From assembly GCF_964355755.1 (NCBI RefSeq), contig NC_092680.1, positions 17,989,045 to 18,053,044 on the forward strand: a stretch of 64,000 nucleotides of DNA. Direction: 5' to 3'. Every line of letters starts with the position of its first letter. Within the stretch, counting starts at the first letter, position 1. Below the pieces are notes generated by a model. The model saw only the letters and a list, made by a program, of their open reading frames with translations, ran no database searches and was not told the DNA's origin. The translations under genes were made by a program, and so were the position numbers. Shown here piece after piece: positions 17,182-31,510 of the stretch. Origin of the DNA: Antedon mediterranea (Eukaryota; Animalia; Echinodermata).

Positions 17182-20178
17182 TTAGATTCTACTAATCCTT
17201 TCTGCTTTGATTGAGTGCTGTATGTTCACTTTTCCCATCTCAATTTGGCACCCTGCATCATCTACATAAAACCCATTACAGAAATATTCTCTTCTACAAC
17301 GTATAGCACATCTCAAATAAAGGGCCATGTTCTGTACGCCTACTTTCTCTTCACCAACAATGTAAAATCCCGAAATAGCTGTAATACAAGAAGATTAACA
17401 GTAATAATTTTTGACGTTTTTTGGACGTTCGACTGTTGATCGTGAGATCGATGTTCGAATCCAACTCTCGCTGCATTGCTTGTATCCTTAGGCAAGATAC
17501 TTTACTTTACGTTTGCCTCTCTCCACCCAGGTGTAGGCCTATGCATGAGAACCCGGATATGTCAAGACACAACTTTACGCTGATTAATAGCTGCCTTATG
17601 GGAGTATGTTTCCGTTTCCATACGTTTGATCAGAAAAGAATGACTGGGGTAATAATGTTCAGAGCTTAGAGGTTTCACAACATTAGGCGCTATATAAATC
17701 CAGGATATTATTATTGTTATTATTATTATTGTTATTGTTATTGTTGTTGTTGTCGTCGTCGTCGTTATTGTTGTTATTGTTTTTATTATTGTTATTACTA
17801 TTATTAAAATAGATGTTCAGTCATCTATATGCTGATTGTAATTTATATTACATATTAAAGGCAGCAAAGCAATATAAACTCATTTAACCCTATAAACTAT
17901 TTAAAAAAAAATGTTAAACACGATTTCACAAGGGTAAGACAAACGACAGTAAAAAATATGTATATATATAATGACAATAACTGTGGGGTCCAAGCACAAA
18001 TGTAATTTCTTTGTGTGGAATATGCAAATAAGCCAGTAATATCGTAAAATAAATCAACAACGAAACGTAACTATGTACAAAATATTATGCGCAGTATGAT
18101 TGCTCTAGTGACATGTATGCGTCGAGGATTAATTGACAAAGAAAATATGTTGCTTAACATTCTGTTTTTATTTTATCAAAATCGGATCACGAATTATTTA
18201 AATTGTTTCAGAAACTGCTAAAACTGAAAGTTACGTTTAAAGACTATTACATAAATGAATGTGTTTAATCACGCATGTCTTTGCTGTGTTTATATCGGTT
18301 CTATAATATATTTTACTGTATATATATATAAACACAACAGGCACAGAATAAAGGGTCGGTATCCAACCGAGTTTGAACAATACAATGAAACCCCAAGTGG
18401 TCTAATGGTTAGGATATCTGCATATCAAGCAGAAGGTTCCGGGTTCGGGTCTCTGTTGAGGTGACTTTCTCATTCTCACAGATTTCCTCATCTTTATCGT
18501 TTCAAATTAATTAATAAATTTTATATTATAGAACCTAGCTGCAATTATGAGATAATTTGGCTCAAGGTCACGAAACTAGAATTACGGTATATGAACTTTA
18601 CCTCTTTCACATATAATGTATGGTGAAAGCAGACCGCGCACGACCCGGCGATCCCTCATTTTTCCTCTTAATCTAACTGCGGCCGAGTAGATGCTTCCAA
18701 CATTTGGTGCTGAACCTTCCCATTCAACAACGTCTGTATCAAGATGTTCTCCCGTTTCCCATAACCAATTGAAATCAACATATCTGTCCAAACCTGCTTC
18801 TCGGGATAGGCCAATGACAAATGTATCATCTGGATAGTGTGTACTCATGAAGTCGTTGACGGCTGCAGCCTCGTCCGCAGTCGTCAAACTAACCAGAAGT
18901 TCACCGTAAGATTCACAGAACTCTCTTGCATCTCTTCTTTTAACTACATTATTCTGAACCGTGTCCACTACAGTATATCGTGAGCCGCCGTACATAAATT
19001 CAGAAACACCTTGAATTTTGTTGAAAAAAGAAAACACTATTTAAATATAATTACACTTGTTTAGTTATTATACGATATGAAATGATATGACTTTTAGGAA
19101 ACTCTCTTTTATTAGGTAATAAAATAGAATAAAATGATCACATATTGTTATTGTACTTTCGCTCAAATTTCAATATGTGCTTGCTAATTCAATTATCTTT
19201 CTCATGAGTGTTAGCCACTTTCATTTTGATGTCATGATAGGTGATTACCCCCACCTGCCACCGGACTATACTATAAACATTTAAATTTAGAACAATTATG
19301 TAAAAAAATATTCAATTAGAAAATTACGATAAAATGTGTATTTTAAAATTAAATTTAAACGAGTTAATATTGGTACATTCTTTTAAAACAGAAGGTAATA
19401 CATTATATAAAATACTAGCAGAATAAATAAAAGAGCGCCGGAAACATTCCAATTTTACTTTGTGTATCAGTAAGTCGCCCCTGGAAGCAGCCATAGTCCT
19501 CATAGAGCGTATCGGAACAGTGGGAAATCGTTGGGTGATGTATCGAGGGGCAATATTGTTCATAGCTTTTAAAGCTAGGCAGCCTAACTGGTAATGCACC
19601 CTCTGTGACACATTCATGATGTGTAGAGATGTTAGAAGAATGTGAGCGCTGGTGCCAGGCGGAGCTTGAAGAACTATTTTGAAGTTTTTGAATCTTGTTA
19701 ATGTTTGTTTTACTTCCGGTGCCCCAGAGAAGAGCACCGTAGTCAATGTGTGGTAAAATGAAGGTGTTGTAAAATAAATGTGCTGTACGTTTGTCAAGAT
19801 ATTTTCTAATTAAGTTTGTGGATTTTGAACGAAAGTATAGAGCTCAACTTACTGACATGGGTATGCCAGTTAAGTTGATTGTCAATATGCACACCTCAGT
19901 GTTTGTGGTTAGTTACTATTTTGATCGGTTGTGCAGCAATCGATACGTCTATTTATGTGTTTAAGCCGCTGATGGACGCCAATTAACATCGCCTCATAAA
20001 GACCCATCGTGCTATCTCCGACGTAACCTCTATCATTGTGTCAATAATCACAATGATTCTAAGACATCCCACAAGCTCACCACTGTGTAACGGCTCGGTC
20101 ACACTGATATAAAAATAATATCTTACCTTTTCCATAAATATGAGTTAAAAGAATACAGAAGCATAGCCCTTGTAACAT
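17182..20178 (-). CDS. Secreted C-type lectin domain + PAN/Apple-like protein, gene 2
   Basis: Exons 20178-20127 (MLQGLCFCILLTHIYGK), 19009-18602 (CTLD) and 17378-17182 (LRCAIRCRREYFCNGFYVDDAGC...SRI*); phase-1 GT-AG, open frame. Confidence 0.85.
19150..20060 (-). mobile_element. Decayed LINE (CR1/L2/Crack group) in intron 1 of gene 2; copies at ~27380-28310 and ~35480-36420
   Basis: ORF ...LALKAMNNIAPRYIT...FRRSFIYSASILYNVLPSVLKECTNINSFKFNFK is typical of the LINE ORF2 C-terminus. Confidence 0.75.
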
Positions 20179-20983
20179 GTTGATACCGGAGTGCACAATC
20201 TAGTTAATTACACAATGTTCGCTACAGACAGAGCAACAGAAATATTGTAAGCTCGTCAACCTATCTGATGCATTTATGTGACTTGTGCAATGTAATTGAG
20301 TTTTTTAAATTAAATATAAACTTCAGTGTTGATATTGTGTGAACCTATAATAATTCCTTGCAAGTCACCTATTGTAATTTGTTTCTTTAATTTGAATGAA
20401 GAATAGATGCATTGGTGACTGTTAAATGACTAATTATAACGTATTATTGACAAGTAAACATGTCTTCAAGATATTAGAAAGAAGTAAAGAGTTTTGATGA
20501 TTTTTATCGATTTAATTTTATACTCGTAATAACAAAGTGCACAAATTAAACCGAAATAATTAACCCCTTCATTGAGGTATTCGGAAATAAAGACATACTT
20601 GATACTATAAAGAACAATTTATTGACGTGGACTCAAGAAATTGAGGAGAAATGGAAATTTAACCACGGGGATCAGGTGGTGATGGAACCGCAGTAATAAA
20701 GTCGATTGTATTTATACAGTAAAGAACCACAATAAATAAATAAATAAATACAGTAAGATATTCGGCGATCGGAAACGCTAGCTCTTATTTAGTAACAAAT
20801 TAAACTGTAGCATCATACAGTTTGCTGAATATTTAGGGCTAATCATCGGTTGCGTTGTTAACATTGCTGGAAACATTTGTGTGAACAAAACTGGACCGAA
20901 TCTCTGTCATGAGTACTAATTTGTTGGGCCGTGATTTATGACGCCTAATGGATCTATCTACACTTTTAGTCGCGTGCAACGCG

Positions 20984-21803
20984 ACTCTACAGCTCACTAT
21001 GTCGGTATGCTTGGTCGGTCGGTAAACACTAACTTGTGTGTGGCCTTGTCTTGATATCAGTTTCATCTAGCTAAATGGCCAGGAATCAATGTGGTTATCA
21101 CGGTGCGCAATCAAAAATTACGCGGTCTACGCACGATTTAACGAAATCACGTTTGTAATTATATCTTCACAAGCATGAATCACAATTAAATTAAAATTTG
21201 GTACTCATAAATTTCAGGTCATATTTAATTATATGGCAATACAATTACGTGCGTAGCGCAAATAACGCATGCGTACGCGCGCTTAAAATTGTCAAAATTG
21301 TCAAATTTGTTTTCGATGAAATTAGAGTACTTTTCAGGCAATTTCAAGCGTTGCAATGAGTGCGCAGATTTTTACACGCGCACTGCACGTTCAATATCGG
21401 TTTTACAACCTTTATTTAATAATATCATCATATTTGATTCACTTTTTAACTCGAAATTACGTTATACGAGCACGTCAAAGGTGACAGGCTACGCACGTGT
21501 AAGTTCTGTCTCCTTCAAAAAACCATTTCTAAGCCATCTCCAAGAATCTCCATGTAGGAATTTCTCTTTTCAGTCCTTGGTTTTCTCCTCTTGTCACCTC
21601 TTCTGATAACAATCTATAAGGTTTACTTTTTCATCTAACACCTTCTCCTTTAAAGCAAATTTCAGCATCCACTGTAGTATTTTTACTCTACTCTACAGCT
21701 CACTATGTCGGTCGGTTGGTCGGATGGTTGGTCGGTCGGTTGGTCTGTCGGTAAACACTAACAAATTTGAGCACGCTACTGCAGCCATGTATATGGCTTT
21801 GTT
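20984..21803 (+). mobile_element. HINE/DINE-1-like element fragments; copies at ~29208-30047 and ~37320-38158
   Basis: TTTTAGTCGCGTGCAACGCGACT hairpin, (GGTC/GGTT)n microsatellite, 3' AGCCATGTATATGGCTTTGTT hairpin. Confidence 0.65.
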
Positions 21804-22399
21804 CGAATAGTACGTACCTATCAGATACACTTGTCTTGTGTCGTATAAATACTGTAATAGTTACTGAAGTTACTATTACAACCTCGTCAATGAAAATACA
21901 AATATGTATATGTTTATTCACTTATTTATGAAAACGCATACTATAAAGTTTCCTTTGTAAAATGATGTAATCAAGCTGTTTACAGGAGTAATTAAAAATC
22001 AAATTGTAGTTAGAGAAAAGAAACTACGAAGCATGTTTATGTTATGTTATGTGCCGTTATGTTTTCAGCATTGGCAGCCATTGGAGTGGAGCTGTATTAT
22101 GGAAATTACATACGATACGCCATGCGTTTTATAGAAGTCTTGCTTTTTATTTCATTTCAACAATTGCCTCCCACTACTATTCATAGATTCTGGACATGTA
22201 AATTTTGTTCTGATTGGTTGAAAAAAAAAAACTGTCAAAATTATGATTTGCATAACACTAAAAATCCAACATAGCGTGAACATTCAGATGATTTGGAATC
22301 CAACATTATCGTGAACGGCTGAATTGTATTTGCAGAAATGATATTTGCTATTTTGTAGTGCGCAATAACTTTTATAATATAGATGAAAAATAATTTGTT

Positions 22400-23270
22400 T
22401 GAATAACAATTACTGATGTCAGTATTTCAAATTATTTGAACACCAACTGCTTTGATAAATTTCATGTTGTCAAATTTGCTGACGACACTGTTTTGCTGTC
22501 TCTCCTTCAAAATTCACAGGACGGTCATGGTTCCGCTTTAGATGGTATTATCCAATTTTGTGGAAACTCCTACTTGGAACTCAATGTGACCAAAACCAAG
22601 GAGATGATTGTAGATTTTAGGAAGGAAAAAGGACGCAGCCCTTGGGTATCCATCATAAATGACGAACCAGTCGATATTGTCCTCCATTCCTTTAAAAACC
22701 CAGGTACTATATTTGAGGACAATCTTGGCTGGAAATTAAATACAGAGGCAATAGTAATGAAAGGAAACCAGAGACTTTATCTGTTAATGAAGCTGAACCA
22801 TTTTAATGTTGATAAAGTAATTCTTAGGTTTTTTTATAATTCCTTTATTGAGAACGCTTACATTTTTTCCTTTATATTCTGGTTTTTTAGTCTTAGGGTC
22901 AAAGAGAGAAACTCACTACAAATAATTGTTAACTTAAGTTCTAAATTAATAGGTTGTCAACTTCGTAGCTTATCTTCTTTCTGTGACATGCAAACTCTAG
23001 AAAAAAGTGGAGCTATTCTAAAAATTTAATTGTTAACCATGCCTCCTTGTTCAGTTATTTCGAGCTCATGCCTCATAGGCTTTCGATGCCCTGCATGTAG
23101 AACAAACAGGAAAAGAAATTTGTTTGTGCCAGTGGCCATCCGACTCCTAAATTCTTGAACTTTAGACTATTGTTATATTGTACTGTGTTTTGTGATATTT
23201 TGTATATTTTTTAAGATCATTTGAATCCAGACCTTTTTATATGAATTGCCTCGTGTGGGATGATTAACGG
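22400..23270 (+). mobile_element. Rex1/Babar-like LINE reverse transcriptase fragment, 5'-truncated
   Basis: KFADDT catalytic motif, LELNVTKTKEMIVDFRK, QRLYLLMKL..FNV...IL..FY.SFIE (DUF1891-like region). Confidence 0.85.
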
Positions 23271-23952
23271 TGGGTTAAAGGATATAGATTAAATTGCACT
23301 TTTTGGTTGAAAATAAAGGGAACATTGAAAACGAAAGAACACGTCTACAACAACCCACTCCATGACGTCGTATCTAAGACGTTAATTAATATAATTGTTC
23401 GTACAAAATGAGGAATCCAATACTATACTATAAAACATTGTATCTATGCATAGAAATGGAAATATTAATTTAATTCAATTCAATATTATTTTTTATGAAA
23501 TTTCAATGAAAAACTTCTTTGAGTAATAATGACAATAACTGTGGGGTCCAAGCACAAACAGAATGTCTTTGTGTGGAATATGCAAATAAACCAGTAAATA
23601 AAAAATAAATCAACAACGAAACGTAACTATGTACAACATGTTATGCGCAGTATGATTGCTTTATTGACATTGTATGCGTCGATGATTAATTAACAAAGAA
23701 AATATGTTGCTGAACAACCTGTTTTTTATTCCATCCAAATTGGACCACGAAAAATACATGAATTATTTAAATTGTTCCAGAAACTTTCTACACCCTGAAA
23801 GTTACGTTTAAAGACTATTAAATACTGAATGTGTTTGATCACGCATGTCTTTGCTGTGTGTGCGCACCACAATGTAATAAGTATCTGTTTTTATTTATGC
23901 GAGTTGTGCAATACCTTTCATCCAATCATTAATTTCTTTCATTCAATTTTTT

Positions 23953-24656
23953 TTACATTCGCCAGAAATATAATTATGTGTTTGTCTGAGAAATTAATTT
24001 ATTTGTGTGTTTGTCTGTTAGCAGGATAACAGCAACTGAAGACTAAAACCAAATTTAACCCACATATAGATATGTGGTGACGGACGATTCCATAAATGTT
24101 GGAGGCAATTCGGACTATTCCGGATTCTGGACAACTTGAATTTTAGTCCTTCGGCCGTACGTCAAAACTAAAAAAATGATTTTTACCAAATTTAAACCAC
24201 AGATAGATATGTGATCACGGACGATCCATTAAATGTTGGAGGCAATTCGAACTATTCCGGATTCTGGACAACTTGTATTTTAGTCCTTAGGCCGTACGTC
24301 TAAACTAAAAAACTGATTTTTACCAAATTTAAACCACAGATAGATATGTGGTCACGGACGATCCATTAAATGTTGGAGGCAATCCGGACCAGGATTCCAA
24401 TTCTGGACAATTTGTATTTAGTACTTAGGCCGTACGTCAAAACTAAACGATTTTTACCACATTTAAAAAACAGATAGATATGTGTATGTAACGGAATATT
24501 CCATTTAATTTTGGAGGCAATCCGGGCCAGGATCTTAATTCTGGAACACTTTATTATTTCACTAATTTTAGGCCATAACGTCAAAACTACAATACGGATT
24601 TAATAATGATTCTTGATCCATTTTCTATTTTACTCCTGGCGGAGTTTGCTCTTGTT
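23953..24656 (+). mobile_element. HINE/DINE-1-like element with four 137-bp central repeats
   Basis: 5' TTACATTCGCCAG and 3' CTGGCGGA subterminal inverted motif, GTGTGTTTGTCTGTTAGCAGGATAAC core, T-rich insertion site. Confidence 0.65.
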
Positions 24657-25124
24657 TGAATATTATTTGTTCATTGTTCTGGAATATCTCTTTAAACATT
24701 ACCGGTTCTACTCTATAGACAACTTAACTACAAAACAGACTAAACAAGTTCTTATTTATTTTATTTTCCTGAATGCATGAGCACTAATTTTCAAGATTAT
24801 ATTTTATAACCCACTAATAAAAATTTAGGCTAATTAAAAAAAAAAAATTATATTTAACTGTAAATCACAACCATTTGTATACATCTGTCTGTTTTTACTG
24901 TTCACCTTTATGACGACATTTATAATTATTAAAAGATTCAAAGTTCAAAGTCATAATGAATTACTATAATTTGATTACACTAAGAGGAGTGAAACAAATA
25001 TCAAAGCTTGTGATAATAGTTCTATTGCATTATTAAATAACAAAAAAGCAAAATCATTTTCACTGCTTTTTCCCATCGAGAGGCAGCCCATAAAGCTGAA
25101 AGAGAAAAGCAGAACAACACGATT

Positions 25125-28100
25125 TTAGATTCTACTAATCCTTTCTGCTTTGATTGAGTGCTGTATGTTCACTTTTCCCATCTCAATTTGGCACCCTGCA
25201 TCATCTACATAAAACCCATTACAGAAATATTCTCTTCTACAACGTATAGCACATCTCAAATAAAGGGCCATGTTCTGTACGCCTACTTTCTCTTCACCAA
25301 CAATGTAAAATCCCGAAATAGCTGTAATACAAGAAGATTAACAGTAATAATTTTTGACGTTTTTTGGACGTTCGACTGTTGATCGTGAGATCGATGTTCG
25401 AATCCAACTCTCGCTGCATTGCTTGTATCCTTAGGCAAGATACTTTACTTACGTTCGCCTCTCTCCACCCAGGTGTATACATGGGAACCCGGATAGGTCA
25501 AGACACAACTTTACGCTGATTAATAGCTGCATTATGGGAGTGTGTTTCCATACGTTTGATCAGAAAAGAATGACTGGGGTAATAATGTTCAGAGCTTAGA
25601 GGTTTCACAACATTAGGCGCTATATAAATCCAGGATATTATTATTGTTATTATTATTATTATTATTGTTATTGTTGTTGTCGTCGTCGTTATTGTTGTTA
25701 TTGTTTTTATTATTATTATTACTATTATTAAAATAGATGTTCAGTCATCTATATGCTGATTGTAATTTATATTACATATTAAAGGCAGCAAAGCAATAAA
25801 AACTCATTTAACCCTATATATAAACTTTTTTTTTAATGATAAACACGATTTAACAAGGGTAAGACAAACGACAGTAAAAAAATATGTATATATATAATGA
25901 CAATAACTGTGGGGTCCAAGCACAAATGTAATTTCTTTGTGTGGAATATGCAAATAAGCCAGTAATATCGTAAAATAAATCAACAACGAAACGTAACTAT
26001 GTACAAAATGTTATGCGCAGTATGATTGCTCTAGTGACATGTATGCGTCGAGGATTAATTGACAAAGAAAATATGTTGCTTAACAATCTGTTTTTATTTT
26101 ATCAAAATCGGATCACGAATTATTTAAATTATTTCAGAAACTGCTAAAACTGAAAGTTACGTTTAAAGACTACGGTATTACATAAATGAATGTGTTTAAT
26201 CACGCATGTCTTTGCTGTGTTTATATAGGTGGTTCTATAATATACTTTACTGTATATATATATATAAACACAACAGGCAAAGAATAAAGGGTCGGTATCC
26301 AACCGAGTTTGAACAATACAATGAAACCCCAAGTGGTTTAATGGTTAGGATATCTGCATATCAAGCAGAAGGTTCCGGGTTCGAGTCTCGGTTGAGGTGA
26401 CTTTCTCATTCTCACAGATTTCCTCATCGTTATCGTTTCAAATTAATTAATAAATTTTATATAATAGAACCTAGCTGCAATTATGAGATAATTTGGCTCA
26501 AGGTCACGAAACTAGAATTACGGTATATGAACTTTACCTCTTTCACATATAAAGTATGGTGAAAGCAGATCGTGCACGACTCGGCGATCCCTCATTTTTC
26601 CTCTTAATCTAACTGCGGCCGAGTAGATGCTTCCAACATTTGGTGCTTTTACTGAACCTTCCCATTCAACAACGTCTGTATCAAGATGTTCTCCCGTTTC
26701 CCATAACCAATTGAAATCAACATATCTGTCCAAACCTGCTTCTCGGGATAGGCCAATGACAAATGTATCATCTGGATAGTGTGTACTCATGAAGTCGTTG
26801 ACGGCTGCAGCCTCGTCCGCAGTCGTCAAACTAACCAGAAGTTCACCGTAAGATTCACAGAACTCTCTTGCATCTCTTCTTTTAACTACATTATTCTGAA
26901 CCGTGTCCACTACAGTATATCGTGAGCCGCCGTACATAAATTCAGAAACACCTTGAATTTTGTTGAAAAAAGAAAACTCTATTTAAATATAATTACACTT
27001 GTTTAGTTATTATACGATATGAAATGATATGACTTTTAGGAAACTCTCTTTATGAGTGAGTGGCCGAGCGGTTAAGACAGTGGAACCGTAATTACCTTGC
27101 CATAACAACGGCAGGGGTTCGAGGCTCACTCACTCCATGGTTCTGGTGGTAGAACGAGTCTTCTCGGATAAGGACTATAAACCGTAGGTCCAGTGTACAC
27201 ATCTGGCTCGTGTGCACTTTAAAGAACCTAGTACATCTTTCGAGACGAGTAGGGGGTTACCCCGGTGTATTAGTACATCACAGCCACTGATCACCAACTG
27301 GGCCCTCTGGGAGACCAGTCATTGACTGAAGAGGTCACCCAGTATAAATATATATTTCAATCATTTCAATCTTTTATTAGGTAATAAAATAGAATAAAAT
27401 GATCACATATTGTTATTGTACTTTCGCTCAAATTTCAATATGTGCTTGCTAATTCAATTATCTTTCTCATGAGTGTTAGCCACTTTCATTTTGATGTCAT
27501 GATGGGTGATTACCCCCACCTGCCACCGGACTATACTATATACATTTAAATTTAGAACAATTATGTAAAAAAATATTCAATTAGAAAATTACGATAAAAT
27601 GTGTATTTTGAAATTAAATTTAAACGAGTTATTATTGGTACATTCTTTTAAAACAGAAGGTAATACATTATATAAAATACTAGCAGAATAAATAAAAGAG
27701 CGCCGGAAACATTCCAATTTTACTTTGTGTATCAGTAAGTCGCCCCTGGAAGCAGCCATAGTCCTCATAGAGCGTATCGGAACAGTGGGTGATGTATCGA
27801 GGGGCAATATTGTTCATAGCTTTTAAAGCTAGGCAGCCTAACTGGTAATGCACCCTCTGTGACACATTCATGATGTGTAGAGATGTTAGAAGAATGTGAG
27901 TGCTGGTGCCAGGCGGAGCTTGAAGAACTATTTTGAAGTTTTTGAATCTTGTTAATGTTTGTTTTACTTCCGGTGCCCCAGAGAAGAGCACCGTAGTCAA
28001 TGTGTGGTAAAATGAAGGTGTTGTAAAATAAATGTGCTGTACGTTTGTCAAGATATTTTCTAATTAAGTTTGTGGATTTTGAACGAAAGTATAGAGCTCA

Positions 28101-28426
28101 ACTTACTGACATGGGTATGCCAGTTAAGTTGATTGTCAATGTGCACACCTAAGTGTTTGTGGTTAGTTACTATTTTTGATCGGTTGTGCAGCAATCGATA
28201 CGTCGTGTTTAAGCCGCTGATGGACGCCAATTAACATCGCCTCATAAAGACCCATCGTGCTATCTCCGACGTAACCTCTATCATTGTGTCAATAATCACA
28301 ATGATTCTAAGACATCCCACAAGCTCACTACTGTGTAACGGCTCGGTCACACTGATATAAAAATAATATCTTACCTTTTCCATAAATATGAGTTAAAAGA
28401 ATACAGAAGCATAGCCCTTGTAACAT
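25125..28426 (-). CDS. Secreted C-type lectin domain + PAN/Apple-like protein, gene 3
   Basis: Exons 28426-28375, 26951-26538, 25321-25125; near-identical to gene 2. Confidence 0.85.
26326..26399 (+). pseudogene. tRNA-like cloverleaf (pseudo-tRNA or SINE head); more degenerate copies at ~18390 and ~34739
   Basis: Acceptor ACCCCAA/TTGAGGT (one mismatch), anticodon stem TCTGC/GCAGA with loop ATATCAA, T-arm CCGGG-TTCGAGT-CTCGG. Confidence 0.5.
27052..27369 (+). mobile_element. Full-length tRNA-derived SINE with Deu/Nin-like central domain
   Basis: Box A TGGCCGAGCGG, box B GGTTCGAGGC, centre TCGGATAAGGACTATAAACCG...AAAGAACC...GAGTAGGGGGTTACCCCGGTGT, (TTCAA) tail, TCTTT duplication. Empty sites at 19101 and 35455; 3' fragment at ~45205-45345. 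Confidence 0.85.
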
Positions 28427-30644
28427 GTTGATACCGGAGTGCACAATCTAGTTAATTACACAATGTTCGCTACAGACAGAGCAACAGAAATATTGTAAGC
28501 TCGTCAACCTATCTGATGCATTTATGTGACTTGTGCAATGTAATTGAGTTTTTAAAATTAAATATAAACTTCAGTGTTGATATTGTGTGAACCTATAATA
28601 ATTCCTTGCAAGTCACCTATTTTGTTTCTTTAATTTGAATGAAGAATAGATGCATTGGTGACTGTTAAATGACTAATTATAAACGTATTATTGACAAGTA
28701 AACATTTCTTCAAGATATTAGAAAGAAGTAAAGAGTTTTGATGATTTTTATCGATTTAATTTTATACTCGTAATAACAAAGTGCACAAATTAAACCGAAA
28801 TAATTAACCCCTTCATTGAGGTATTCGGAAATAAAGACATACTTGATACTATAAAGAACAATTTATTGACGTGGACTCAAGAAATTGAGGAGAAATGGAA
28901 ATTTAACCACGGGGATCAGGTGGTGATGGAACCGCAGTAATAAAGTCGATTGTATTTATACAGTAAAGAACCACAATAAATAAATAAATAAATACAGTAA
29001 GATATTCGGCGATCGGAAACGCTAGCTCTTATTTAGTAACAAATTAAACTGTAGCATCATACAGTTTGCTGAATATTTAGGGCTAATCATCGGTTGCGTT
29101 GTTAACATTGCTGGAAACATTTGTGTGAACAAAACTGGACCGAATCTCTGTCATGAGTACTAATTTGTTGGGCCGTGATTTATGACGCCTAATGGATCTA
29201 TCTACACTTTTAGTCGCGTGCAACGCGACTCTACAGCTCATATGTCGGTATGCTTGGTCGGTCGGTAAACACTAACTTGTGTGTGGCCTTGTCTTGATAT
29301 CAGTTTCATCTAGCTAAATGGCCAGGAATCAATGTGGTTATCACGGTGCGCAATCAAAAATTACGCGGTCTACGCACGATTTAACGAAATCACGTTTGTA
29401 ATCATATCTTCACAAGCATGAATCACAATTAAATTAAAATTTGGTACTCATAAATTTCAGGTCATATTTAATTATATGGCAATACAATTACGTGCGTAGC
29501 GCAAATAACGCATGCGTACGCGCGCTTAAAATTGTCAAAATTGTCAAATTTGTTTTCGATGAAATTAGAGTACTTTTCAGGCAATTTCAAGCGTTGCAAT
29601 GAGTGCGCAGATTTTTACACGCGCACTGCACGTTCAATATCTGTTTTACAACCTTTATTTAATAATATCATCATATTTGATTCACTTTTTAACTCGAAAT
29701 TACGTTATACGAGCACGTCAAAAGTGACAGGCTACGCACGTGTAAGTTCTGTCTCCTTCAAAAAAACCATTTCTAAGCCATCTCCAAGAATCTCCATGTA
29801 GGAATTTCTCTTTTCAGTCCTTGGTTTTCTCCTCTTGTCACCTCTTCTGATAACAATCTATAAGGTTTACTTTTTCATCTAACACCTTCTCATTTAAAGC
29901 AAATTTCAGCATCCACTGTAGTATTTTTACTCTACTCTACAGCTCACTATGTCGGTCGGTTGGTCGGATGGTTGGTCGGTCGGTTGGTCTGTCGGTAAAC
30001 ACTAACAAATTTGAGCACGCTACTGCAGCCATGTATATGGCTTTGTTCGAATAGTACGTACCTATCAGATACACTTGTCTTGTGTCGTATAAATACTGTA
30101 ATAGTTACTGAAGTTACTATTACAACCTCGTCAATGAAAATACAAATATGTATATGTTTATTCACTTATTTATGAAAACGCATACTATAAAGTTTCCTTT
30201 GTAAAATGATGTAATCAAGCTGTTTACAGGAGTAATTAAAAATCAAATTGTAGTTAGAGAAAAGAAACTACGAAGCATGTTTATGTTATGTTATGTGCCG
30301 TTATGTTTTCAGCATTGGCAGCCATTGGAGTGGAGCTGTATTATGGAAATTACATACGATACGCCATGCGTTTTATAGAAGTCTTGCTTTTTATTTCATT
30401 TCAACAATTGCCTCCCACTACTATTCATAGATTCTGGACATGTAAATTTTGTTCTGATTGGTTGAAAAAAAAAAACTGTCAAAATTATGATTTGCATAAC
30501 ACTAAAAATCCAACATAGCGTGAACATTCAGATGATTTGGAATCCAACATTATCGTGAACGGCTGAATTGTATTTGCAGAAATGATATTTGCTATTTTGT
30601 AGTGCGCAATAACTTTTATAATATAGATGAAAAATAATTTGTTT

Positions 30645-31510
30645 GAATAACAATTACTGATGTCAGTATTTCAAATTATTTGAACACCAACTGCTTTGAT
30701 AAATTTCATGTTGTCAAATTTGCTGACGACACTGTTTTGCTGTCTCTCCTTCAAAATTCACAGGACGGTCATGGTTCCGCTTTAGATGGTTTTATCCAAT
30801 TTTGTGGAAACTCCTACTTGGAACTCAATGTGACCAAAACCAAGGAGATGATTGTAGATTTTAGGAAGGAAAAAGGACGCAGCCCTTGGGTATCCATCAT
30901 AAATGACGAACCAGTCGATATTGTCCTCCATTCCTTTAAAAACCCAGGTACTATATTTGAGGACAATCTTGGCTGGAAATTAAATACAGAGGCAATAGTA
31001 ATGAAAGGACACCAGAGACTTTATCTGTTAATGAAGCTGAACCATTTTAATGTTGATAAAGTAATTCTTAGGTTTTTTTATAATTCCTTTATTGAGAACG
31101 CTTACATTTTTTCCTTTATATTCTGGTTTTTTAGTCTTAGGGTCAAAGAGAGAAACTCACTACAAATAATTGTTAACTTAAGTTCTAAATTAATAGGTTG
31201 TCAACTTCGTAGCTTATCTTCTTTCTGTGACATGCAAACTCTAGAAAAAAGTGGAGCTATTCTAAAAATTTAATTGTTAACCATGCCTCCTTGTTCAGTT
31301 ATTTCGAGCTCATGCCTCATAGGCTTTCGATGCCCTGCATGTAGAACAAACAGGAAAAGAAATTTGTTTGTGCCAGTGGCCATCCGACTCCTAAATTCTT
31401 GAACTTTAGACTATTGTTATATTGTACTGTGTTTTGTGATATTTTGTATATTTTGTAAGATCATTTGAATCCAGACCTTTTTATATGAATTGCCTCGTGT
31501 GGGATGATTA
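30645..31510 (+). mobile_element. Rex1/Babar-like LINE fragment, duplicate
   Basis: Near-identical to 22400-23270. Confidence 0.85.
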
